Source of the DNA: an uncultured Candidatus Micrarchaeota archaeon
GTDB lineage: Archaea > Micrarchaeota > Micrarchaeia > Burarchaeales > Fermentimicrarchaeaceae
Length of the DNA: 64,000 bases
Assembly (NCBI GenBank): GCA_903884505.1
Contig: CAISET010000002.1
Span: 277,917 to 341,916 of the forward strand
Direction of reading: 5' to 3'
Below are positions 19,301-26,878 of the stretch, one piece after another. Within the stretch, counting starts at the first letter, position 1, and every line of letters starts with the position of its first letter. The notes below the pieces were generated by a model that made no database searches, was not told the DNA's origin, and saw nothing but the letters and a program-made list of their open reading frames with translations. The position numbers were made by a program, and so were the translations under genes.

Positions 19301-19987
19301 ATGAAGATAGACCTGCACATCCATACCGCAAATTCGCTCGATTCCTGGATAGTCCCGGACAAGCTGCCAGCCATTGCCAAACGGAAGGGGCTTGACGGAA
19401 TCGCAGTCACCGACCATGACACCGCGAGCGCATGGCCCGCAGTTGAGAAGGCTGCAAGAAAGCTGGGAATAGCCGTCATTCGCGGTGAAGAAGTCGGCGT
19501 CAGGCCCGCAGGCAGGCGAGTAGGCGAGATAATCGGGCTTTTCATGAATGAGCCGGTTGACGGAAAAGGAAAGACGTCAGTCGAAGTAATCGACGCCCTC
19601 AAGGCGCAGGGCGCGATAGTGGTCCTTCCCCACCCGTTCGACAAATACAGGAAGATATTCCCGGAGGATGAATTGCGTGAGCTTGCGGTCAAGGTCGATG
19701 CGGTCGAGGTCTTCAACCCCCGCGTCGCCCTCCCGGAGCTCAACCGCAAGGCGAAAGCCTTCGCTGAAGAATTCGGCCTTCCGGAAACCGCCGGGAGCGA
19801 TGCGCACGTCTCATGGGAGGTCGGGAAGGCCTACACCGAGGCGAATGCCAACAGCCCGGAGCAGTTCAGGAAAGCGCTCATCTCGGGGAAAACGAAGGCG
19901 CATGGCACCTACCACCCGTTCTTCACCAGAATCTTCCCGTCAATAGCGAAGCTGAAGAGCAAGCTGCTCGGGAAAAAGCACCGCTAG
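19301..19987 (+). CDS. PHP-domain (polymerase/histidinol phosphatase-like) metal-dependent phosphoesterase
   Basis: MKIDLHIHTANS...GIAVTDHD...LPHPF...GSDAHV are PHP histidine motifs. Confidence 0.7.
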   Translation: MKIDLHIHTANSLDSWIVPDKLPAIAKRKGLDGIAVTDHDTASAWPAVEKAARKLGIAVIRGEEVGVRPAGRRVGEIIGLFMNEPVDGKGKTSVEVIDALKAQGAIVVLPHPFDKYRKIFPEDELRELAVKVDAVEVFNPRVALPELNRKAKAFAEEFGLPETAGSDAHVSWEVGKAYTEANANSPEQFRKALISGKTKAHGTYHPFFTRIFPSIAKLKSKLLGKKHR

Positions 19988-20622
19988 CACGGGACCAGTT
20001 CCGTAGTCTCGCCCGTTATCTGCGGCTCGTTCAATGCGCAGGTCTCAGGCGTAATCCACGCCCTTCCCATATAGGTTACTATGCCGCACACATTCCCCTG
20101 CTGGTAGGTGAAGCCGATTGTCGGGCTCTGCCTCAAGTCAACGGTTATCTTCGCCTTCACTTCTTCTTCGCTTAGTGGCGTGCACGGGGCAATCCCGGTG
20201 CACCAGGTCGGGTGGTAGTGCGTGAACAGCTGGTTCCTGACATTCTGTTCGCATGGATTAGCGGATGAGGGAGCTGGCGTAACCGCAGGCGTGGCGGTGT
20301 GCGTCGCAGCAGGCGAAGGGGTTGCGTTAGGGGTTGCAGTCGGAACAGGCGTCGGAGTAGGCTGGAACTGCGAGAGGTCTATCCTGCTGCCATTAGCATC
20401 AGCACAATAGGGCGGCCCGCGGCAGCAGTTCACGAATTCAGGGCCCGAAGACGCCCAGTGCCCTCCGGCCCCGCTGCACGCGTCATTCATCCAAGGCGCC
20501 GGGCTGATATACTGGGGGCAGTTGCTGTAGCCCAGCCCAAGGCAGAAATCCGTCCCCAGGCATCCGGGCAGCAGAAGCGAAGAGAGCACGGCCAAGGCCG
20601 CAACGAAGATTGTGCGTTCCAT
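19984..20622 (-). CDS. secreted cysteine-rich protein with a Pro/Thr linker
   Basis: N-terminal signal peptide (MERTIFVAALAVLSSLLLPGC). Many Cys. PTPTPVPTATPNATP linker. Confidence 0.5.
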   Translation of the reverse strand: MERTIFVAALAVLSSLLLPGCLGTDFCLGLGYSNCPQYISPAPWMNDACSGAGGHWASSGPEFVNCCRGPPYCADANGSRIDLSQFQPTPTPVPTATPNATPSPAATHTATPAVTPAPSSANPCEQNVRNQLFTHYHPTWCTGIAPCTPLSEEEVKAKITVDLRQSPTIGFTYQQGNVCGIVTYMGRAWITPETCALNEPQITGETTELVPC

Positions 20623-20631
20623 GGTGAGCAG

Positions 20632-21624
20632 TTAGCCCGCCTGCCTTAAAATTTCTTTCCCTTTCCTCGTAAGGCCGTAGAACACGAACTTCCTGCCCGC
20701 CTCCTCCTTCTTCTCGACAAATCCCGCGTCCATCAGCCTGTCAAGATGCTCGACCACGGTCGCCTTGCTCTTGCCCACCCGAGTGCTGAGGTCCGTGGGC
20801 GTCAAATCCCTCGCCTGCAGCTCGCGCATGAGCCCGAGCCGCGTATCCGAGGAAAGCGCCCGGTGCATCTCCGCATCCGGAATCTCAAACTCGACTCCCT
20901 GCCTCTTCGTAATTACCACATACGCGCCGAACGCCGCAAGCACCAGGATTACTGCGCCGCCGGCCGCATATGGCCTCGCAGTATCCGCCCAGCCGGCAAT
21001 CCCGCTGCTTTCATGGCCGCTTCCCTTCTCCGCAGCGCCAGCTGTCCCCTCCCCGGCGCCTGCCGTCCCCAAACAAAACGTCCCCTGGCAAGACGGTGCC
21101 CATTCACCGGGCGAAGGCATCGGCGTCGGAGCTGGTTGCCCGGATGGAAGGTCGTTGATGAACGGCAAATACGCGCCCGTTGACGCCCCAGTTGCCGCGT
21201 CCGGGCATGCGATTCCAGGGGCGGGATATTCCTTCGCGCCCTGAGCAGTGAAGACGTACCCTGCGAATCCTTCCCTGTATGCGACCGCGGTGTATTCGTC
21301 GCACGTGGAGAGATTGGCGTTTGTTGCGGTCGCATCTGCGAGGAAAAGTGAATACTCCTCGGGGGTCATCTTCGTCACAGAATAGCCGTGCGCGATGAAC
21401 TCCCAGACCGTTGCCTTCTCCTCATCCGTTAGGTTCAGGCCAGTCCAGTTCTCTCCGTTATTGTAAGCCATAACCGAGTCAAAATCAGTGACGTTGGCCA
21501 CGGGCTGGCTGCTCACAAAGAAAAGCTTGGTTTCCCCAACCTCAACGGATGGCGCTTCCACCCAGGCGTGCGCGATTCCCGCGAACAGCAGGGCAAATCC
21601 CAGCGCGACGAGTTCCGGCCTCAT
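20632..21624 (-). CDS. membrane-anchored winged-helix transcription regulator with an extracytoplasmic N-terminal domain
   Basis: Order of domains: signal peptide, about 200-aa ectodomain, PT/Gly linker, a single TM (AGGAVILVLAAFGAYVVI), then a C-terminal wHTH (SDTRLGLMRELQARDLTPTDLSTRVGKSKATVVEHLDRLMDAGFV). Confidence 0.55.
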   Translation of the reverse strand: MRPELVALGFALLFAGIAHAWVEAPSVEVGETKLFFVSSQPVANVTDFDSVMAYNNGENWTGLNLTDEEKATVWEFIAHGYSVTKMTPEEYSLFLADATATNANLSTCDEYTAVAYREGFAGYVFTAQGAKEYPAPGIACPDAATGASTGAYLPFINDLPSGQPAPTPMPSPGEWAPSCQGTFCLGTAGAGEGTAGAAEKGSGHESSGIAGWADTARPYAAGGAVILVLAAFGAYVVITKRQGVEFEIPDAEMHRALSSDTRLGLMRELQARDLTPTDLSTRVGKSKATVVEHLDRLMDAGFVEKKEEAGRKFVFYGLTRKGKEILRQAG

Positions 21625-21748
21625 GGGTAAAACCGCTCAATCCGGTTTTAATACCCTTTCTTTTTTGTTCGGCGCGTTCCTAACAATGTTTCTGCGTCGT
21701 AAAGTAGCGTGCGAATACCCATATTAACCCAGGCTGCGAAATCCACTC

Positions 21749-23305
21749 GTGCCTGAAGGAACTCTTGTTGACAGGGAAAAGGTGCATTCGCGCGAATACC
21801 AGGCCTCGATAGCGGAGAAAGTCCTTGCAGGCGGAAATTCGCTGGTTGTCCTCCCAACGGGCCTTGGAAAGACCATCGTCGCCCTTCTCGTCATAGAACG
21901 GAAGCTGATGGGCGGAAAGCGCGTCATCTTCATGGCGCCAACCCGCCCGCTTGCGGAGCAGCACCAGAAGACGCTCAGCGATATGCTCAAGCTTCCTCCG
22001 GACAGGGTTATTCTGCTCACCGGAACTACGGGCGCGGAGAAGCGTGGCGCATTATGGGAAAACGCTTTCATAGTCTGCGCAACCCCGCAAACAGTTGAGA
22101 ACGACCTTAAGGCGGGTAGGGTTCCGCTCGAAAGGTTCGGCCTCTGCGTGGTTGACGAATGCCACCGCTCGGTCAAGAAATACGCCTACACCTACGTTGC
22201 CGAAGCCTGCAAGAAGAAGGGCGTGCAGCTCCTCGGTCTAACCGCATCCCCAGGAGGAAAAAGGGAGCGGATAGAGGAGGTCACGAAGGCACTCGATGTG
22301 AAGTGCATAGAAATCCGCACCGAAACCGATGAGGACGTCGCCCCGTACGTGAAGAAGCTCGATGCGAAATGGGTGGATGTGGTCCTGCCGCCAGAGATGT
22401 ACGAGCTGAAGGAAGAGCTGGAGAAGGTGATAAGCGACAGGATGGCACCGCTGAGGAACATGCGCCTAATCAACACGACAAGCCCGAGGCTCCCGAAGCG
22501 CGTCCTCCTGGAAGTCGGCAAGAAGCTGATGGCAAAGCCCGATTCCGACAAATTCAAGTTCATCATGCTCTCCCACTACGCCACCGTAATGAACCTAACG
22601 CACGCGCACGAGCTCCTCGAGACGCAGGGAATCTCAAGCTTCCTCGACTTCTTCAAGAGGCTGGAGGCGCGCGAGAAGAAGAGCAAGGCAGTCACGCGTA
22701 TTCTCGACGACCCGCTCATCAAGCGAATCCTGCGCAAGGCAGAGGAGTTCAGGCTCGCGAAGGGCGAGCACCCGAAGCTCGCAAAGCTCGTCGAGCTCCT
22801 GAAGATGAGGCCAGGCAAGAAGGTGATTGTCTTCGTCCAGTTCCGCGACCAGATCAAGAGGATAGTCGAGGAGCTTAAGGCGAAGGGGATAACGGCGGAG
22901 CAGTTCGTCGGCAAGCGGCAGGGCGTAAAGCTGAAGGACCAGAAGGAGACCATCCAGAAGTTCCGCGATGGCGCGTTCGATGTCATGGTCGCCTCCTCAA
23001 TAGGCGAGGAGGGGCTCGACATACCGAGCGTTGACGCAGTAATCTTCTATGAGCCCATCCCCAGCGAAATCCGCAGCATACAGCGGAGGGGAAGGGCCGG
23101 GCGGGCGAAGGCTGGCGAAGTGGTCATATTGATTACAAGAGGGACCCGCGACGAGGCCTACCACTGGGTCGCGCGCCGGAAGGAGAGCAGGATGAGGAGC
23201 ATAGTGAAGGGGATGCAGGCAGGCTTCGTTAAAAAGGATGCCGCACAGGATATTCCGTTTATTTCAAAAGAAGGCCAGGCGAAGATGACGGACTTCTTCG
23301 AGTGA
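21749..23305 (+). CDS. Hef/FANCM/RIG-I-like SF2 helicase (helicase core only; no ERCC4 nuclease domain)
   Basis: Motif I LPTGLGKT, motif II DECH, helical insertion domain, motif VI QRRGRAGR. 518 aa. Confidence 0.7.
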   Translation: MPEGTLVDREKVHSREYQASIAEKVLAGGNSLVVLPTGLGKTIVALLVIERKLMGGKRVIFMAPTRPLAEQHQKTLSDMLKLPPDRVILLTGTTGAEKRGALWENAFIVCATPQTVENDLKAGRVPLERFGLCVVDECHRSVKKYAYTYVAEACKKKGVQLLGLTASPGGKRERIEEVTKALDVKCIEIRTETDEDVAPYVKKLDAKWVDVVLPPEMYELKEELEKVISDRMAPLRNMRLINTTSPRLPKRVLLEVGKKLMAKPDSDKFKFIMLSHYATVMNLTHAHELLETQGISSFLDFFKRLEAREKKSKAVTRILDDPLIKRILRKAEEFRLAKGEHPKLAKLVELLKMRPGKKVIVFVQFRDQIKRIVEELKAKGITAEQFVGKRQGVKLKDQKETIQKFRDGAFDVMVASSIGEEGLDIPSVDAVIFYEPIPSEIRSIQRRGRAGRAKAGEVVILITRGTRDEAYHWVARRKESRMRSIVKGMQAGFVKKDAAQDIPFISKEGQAKMTDFFE

Positions 23306-24048
23306 TTCTCATGGACGTATGGTTGAAAAGATGGATTGCGTACAAGCACGTTCTGCGCGAGTGCGACGTGGTTCTGCAGGTGCTTGACGCGCGCGACCCT
23401 GCCGGCACGCTGAACCGGGGGCTTAGCCGCTACATGAGCAAGATGATAATCGTAGTGAACAAGAGCGACCTGGTTCCCGCACTGAATCTCGAAGAGCTCC
23501 AGCGGCTCCTCAGGGGCTACCGCGGAGTTGCGGTCTCGAGCAAGACGGGAGGCGGCTTCAACCAGCTCTTCCAGGAGATCAAGGGCGTCACGCTCCGCAG
23601 GCCGATAAAGGTCGCAGTCGTCGGCTACCCGAATGTCGGCAAGTCCTCAATGATGAACCGGCTCGCGCGGAGAAAAGCGACCAAGGTCTCGCCCATTCCG
23701 GGCGAAACAAAGAATGTGCAGTGGATTTCGCTCGGAGACGTGCTCCTCTGCGACACGCCAGGGATAGTCCCTCTCGGCGAAACCGGCGTCGGCCTGGTCC
23801 TTAAGGCGGCGGTTTCGGTGGAAAAGCTTCATTCCCCGGAGCCCGTCGCAATCGGAGTAATAGAAAAAAATCGGGATGCTACAGCCAAGTATTACGGGGT
23901 GCGCATCTCGGAAAAGGACAATGCAGAGCTGATTCTCGAGAAGATAGCAAAACGGCGCGGGAAGCTCCTTAAAGGCGGCGAGCTGGACCTCCAGGAGACG
24001 GCAAGGATGGTCGTGCGCGACTACCAGCACGGGAAAATCAGGGCTTGA
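23302..24048 (+). CDS. circularly permuted GTPase, YlqF/RbgA/Nug1 family (ribosome-biogenesis type)
   Basis: G4 (NKSDL) precedes G1 (GYPNVGKSS) and G3 (DTPG). Start overlaps the helicase stop (GTG 23302 or ATG 23311). Confidence 0.7.
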   Translation: MILMDVWLKRWIAYKHVLRECDVVLQVLDARDPAGTLNRGLSRYMSKMIIVVNKSDLVPALNLEELQRLLRGYRGVAVSSKTGGGFNQLFQEIKGVTLRRPIKVAVVGYPNVGKSSMMNRLARRKATKVSPIPGETKNVQWISLGDVLLCDTPGIVPLGETGVGLVLKAAVSVEKLHSPEPVAIGVIEKNRDATAKYYGVRISEKDNAELILEKIAKRRGKLLKGGELDLQETARMVVRDYQHGKIRA

Positions 24049-24319
24049 GCATGCCGGTGAACATCAGGATGAGGATTGTCCCGAGCCCTCCAAGGCCGAA
24101 CAGTGCGATTGAGATGAGGTAAGGCAATGTCAGCGGCACCTTCACCCCCACTAACGAAAGGATGAAGACGAAAACCAGCCCAACAATCGAATTGGCCAGC
24201 AGTGCGATGAAGAACTTCATGATGTTCTTCAGCAGCCTGAAAACGATGAAAAGGACGACCAAGGCCGCAACCACGAAGAGAAACGCCGCTATCGCGAGCG
24301 TGAACATATCGAGTGCCAT
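24038..24319 (-). CDS. small hydrophobic membrane protein
   Basis: 93 aa with three predicted TM helices. Confidence 0.4.
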   Translation of the reverse strand: MALDMFTLAIAAFLFVVAALVVLFIVFRLLKNIMKFFIALLANSIVGLVFVFILSLVGVKVPLTLPYLISIALFGLGGLGTILILMFTGMLKP

Positions 24320-24660
24320 AATCCCCTTTAGCTAGGACGTGGTTTAAAAAGTTGAGCGACGGGCCATAATCCACCTTCGGTTTTGGGCAGCATTTGACTG
24401 AGCGGCCGAAAGGCCTTGCACCGCAGATGCCGCTTGCGCGGCAAACGCCTAATGCCGGGCGCGTTTCACTCCGCTCTGCCCAACGTCCTTGCGTCATCCT
24501 GCGGGCAGGCGGATCCGTTTCTGTTCCCGGCGCCGGCCTTAAACCGGCTCGGCGATTCACGGTGGGCGGAACTTCCTCAGGGAAACCCCGGAGCTGCCGG
24601 CCCATCGCTCGGGATAGAGTGCGAATCAGCAATATATAAAAGCGCTGCCAAATCCCTCCG

Positions 24661-25116
24661 ATGCTCACGGATTCAGAGAAGAAGATACTCCGCGCGATAG
24701 GCAAGGACTCCCGCGCCTCGTTCCGGAAGCTGGCAAAGCGCGTGGGAATAGCGCCTGCGACGCTCATCCAGCACGTGCGCAGCCTTGAAGAAAACGGTGT
24801 GATACGGCGCTATACCGCTGATTTTGATTTCGAAAAGCTTGGCTATACCATAACCGCTTTCATCGAGGTGCAGTCGAAGCGAGGCATGCAGCTGGAAACG
24901 GAGAAGGCGCTCGCCTCCCTGCCGAACGTCTGCGCTGTCTACGACCTCACCGGCCCGTTCGACTTCATCGTCATTGCCAGGTTCAAGGACAGGGATGACC
25001 TCAGCAGCTTCGTGCGCAAGCTCCTCCTCATGGAGCCGGTGGAGCGCACGAATACGCGCATAGCGCTCTCCACGCTGAAGGAGGATTTCAGCGGCGTCGG
25101 CTCTGCCAGCCTCTGA
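24661..25116 (+). CDS. Lrp/AsnC family transcriptional regulator
   Basis: N-terminal HTH (LTDSEKKILRAIGKDSRASFRKLAKRVGIAPATLIQHVRSLEENGVI). C-terminal RAM/AsnC_trans domain. Confidence 0.8.
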   Translation: MLTDSEKKILRAIGKDSRASFRKLAKRVGIAPATLIQHVRSLEENGVIRRYTADFDFEKLGYTITAFIEVQSKRGMQLETEKALASLPNVCAVYDLTGPFDFIVIARFKDRDDLSSFVRKLLLMEPVERTNTRIALSTLKEDFSGVGSASL

Positions 25117-25165
25117 CGCCGAGTAAAAGGTTATTAAAACGAGTCCGCAAAATACCTACCCACAT

Positions 25166-25298
25166 GCCGTGGTAGCTCAGCCTGGGAGAGCATTCGAATC
25201 TTTTCTTGGTTTCCAAGAAAAGGTGATGAAGCTGAAGGATTCCCAGACGAGGGGAGCCAGAAACCGAAGGGTCGCAGGTTCAAATCCTGCCCACGGCA
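25166..25298 (+). tRNA. intron-containing tRNA (about 133 nt; anticodon uncertain, possibly CUU/Lys). Intron of about 60 nt in the anticodon loop with a 10-bp hairpin and a GUGAUGA box-C-like motif
   Basis: Acceptor GCCGUGG/CCACGGC+A. D-arm GCUCAGCCUGGGAGAGC. T-arm GCAGGUUCAAAUCCUGC. The two halves are separated by an insert. Confidence 0.7.
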
Positions 25299-25372
25299 CT
25301 GACCCTTTTCCCAATCGCCCGGGTTCGCAGCCCGGCGATATGGTAAAAGCGTCAACGGAAAACGTCATAAAT

Positions 25373-25524
25373 GCGATCGTAGTCTAGCCTGGTAGGACTC
25401 GGCCTTGCCAAGGCCGTGGCCCGGGTTCAAATCCGAACCGCGGAGGGGGACACCCCCTCCTCAGTTTGAGGGTCCTCCGGATCCTCCCCCGTTCGACGGG
25501 GCGGTGAAACTCCCGGCGGTCGCA
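25373..25524 (+). tRNA. tRNA-Gly(GCC) with an ~85-nt intron in the T-arm (between the T-loop and the 3' T-stem)
   Basis: GCGAUCG-UA-GUCUAGCCUGGUAGGAC-U-CGGCC-UUGCCAA-GGCCG-UGGC-CCGGG-UUCAAAU, then [insert with three hairpins], then CCCGG-CGGUCGC-A. Confidence 0.7.
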
Positions 25525-25532
25525 TGTTTTCT

Positions 25533-25689
25533 GCGGTCGTAGTCTAGCCTGGTAGGACTTAGGCCCTCCAATGGCCCTTTTCCCACCGCATATCCGGCTC
25601 CGCCGGGTTGCGCATGGTAAAAGCGCCAGCGGAAAATCCGCTGGCGAAGAGGAAAGCCTATAACCCGGGTTCAAATCCCGGCGGCCGCA
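25533..25689 (+). tRNA. intron-containing tRNA, most likely tRNA-Gly(UCC) with an ~80-nt intron at 37/38. The alternative reading Trp(CCA) is not excluded
   Basis: The 5' half is near-identical to the other Gly tRNAs. UAGGC/GCCUA stem pairs perfectly across the insert. Intact T-arm CCGGGUUCAAAUCCCGG and acceptor GCGGUCG/CGGCCGC+A. Confidence 0.65.
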
Positions 25690-25693
25690 TTCC

Positions 25694-26866
25694 TTATCCT
25701 AAAAGGAGCCATCCCGTAGCATAAGCGTCGCCAAGCCCAACGGTGAACTTCGGTTTCACGGCGAGCGCAGGGACAAGAACGGCATTCGCAAACCTGTGCC
25801 CGTTGAACTTCTCCAATGCGGCGATTCCCTCTTGGCTCACGGGATGCTTCTGCGAAAGAAAATGCCTCAGCTCGACGAAGCCCGCATTCCTCCCCTTCGC
25901 CGCCTTGAAACCCGCGAGCGCATGCCCAAACAGCATTTTAGGCTCGAGCCTCTGCTTTTTCCTGCTGAAGGCGAAGGAATAGGCTTTCTCGTGAACAACC
26001 ATCCCGCCAAGCTGGTACGGGAGCTCCGCAAACACCTTCTCCGCAACCGCAAACTCGTCTCTGCCCTTTGCGCCAAGAACGGACGCGACTCCGCGCAGCT
26101 CAAGCTCATTCATGCCAAGGGAATCGGCATATGGGAGAATACGCCGCAGGACCAGGCGGAGCACGTCTTCACTCGCGAAGTCGCCGAACTCAACGTGAAC
26201 TCTCATCCGAGGGTTAACCTTCTTCCACAGCCTCATCAGCCCGGCAATCTCCGCGAGCTTGTGCTCGCACCCTTCTTCGCGAAGGTTATGGAAGCCGGAA
26301 ACGAGCGCGCACTCAAACTCTCGCGCATGCTTCAAGGTGAATTTCTTGAACGCTGTGCTCACCTTCATCTCCTCATTCGCAGGGTCATGGGTGAAGATGA
26401 GCCTTCCAGACTCGGGAATTGAAATTCCGAGAAGCTCCTGCCCCTTGCTGAATTCGAATACATAATGTACCGAGGATTCGCCTGAGGCATCGCCGATGCA
26501 CTCCACCCTGCATTCCATTACCATGCGCTGCGTTCCGGTGAGGTTCGCAACATGAAGTGCAGCCCGCACGCCCAGCTTCGCAGCCGCGTTCGCAGCATTG
26601 CCCGCCTGCCCGCCGCCCCTCCTCTCCCCGAACGGGAAGCTCCTGCGGATAAATTCAGCGGTCTTTCGGCCTATCCTGACTTCCCCGCTCTCTCCGCTCC
26701 GCATCGCCTCAAAAAGTGGCAGCATTTCTTCCGGCAAGTCGGTTCTTTCAACCAGCTGGTCGACCTTCCATACTGCGTCTATGTTCGTGTTGAAAGCAAA
26801 AATAGCTGATTTCGCAACCTCGGCCTTGCCAGCCACTTTTGCATATCCCCGCAGCCAGTCTTTCAC
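25694..26866 (-). CDS. ADP-dependent sugar kinase (ADP-dependent glucokinase/phosphofructokinase family)
   Basis: NTNIDAV...GGQAGNAANAAAKLG...GLGDAYATGWLL motifs of the ADP-PFK/GK ribokinase-like family. Confidence 0.7.
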   Translation of the reverse strand: MKDWLRGYAKVAGKAEVAKSAIFAFNTNIDAVWKVDQLVERTDLPEEMLPLFEAMRSGESGEVRIGRKTAEFIRRSFPFGERRGGGQAGNAANAAAKLGVRAALHVANLTGTQRMVMECRVECIGDASGESSVHYVFEFSKGQELLGISIPESGRLIFTHDPANEEMKVSTAFKKFTLKHAREFECALVSGFHNLREEGCEHKLAEIAGLMRLWKKVNPRMRVHVEFGDFASEDVLRLVLRRILPYADSLGMNELELRGVASVLGAKGRDEFAVAEKVFAELPYQLGGMVVHEKAYSFAFSRKKQRLEPKMLFGHALAGFKAAKGRNAGFVELRHFLSQKHPVSQEGIAALEKFNGHRFANAVLVPALAVKPKFTVGLGDAYATGWLLLG

Positions 26867-26878
26867 AAGAAGAAAATC

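Noticed and set aside
24330-24655. RNase P RNA on the minus strand (GAGGAAGUUCC, ACAGAAAC and GAGUGAAAC motifs present).
   Set aside because: The motifs occur in the wrong 5'-to-3' order for CR-I through CR-V. A P4 pairing could not be built. It is retained only as an unclassified structured-RNA candidate.
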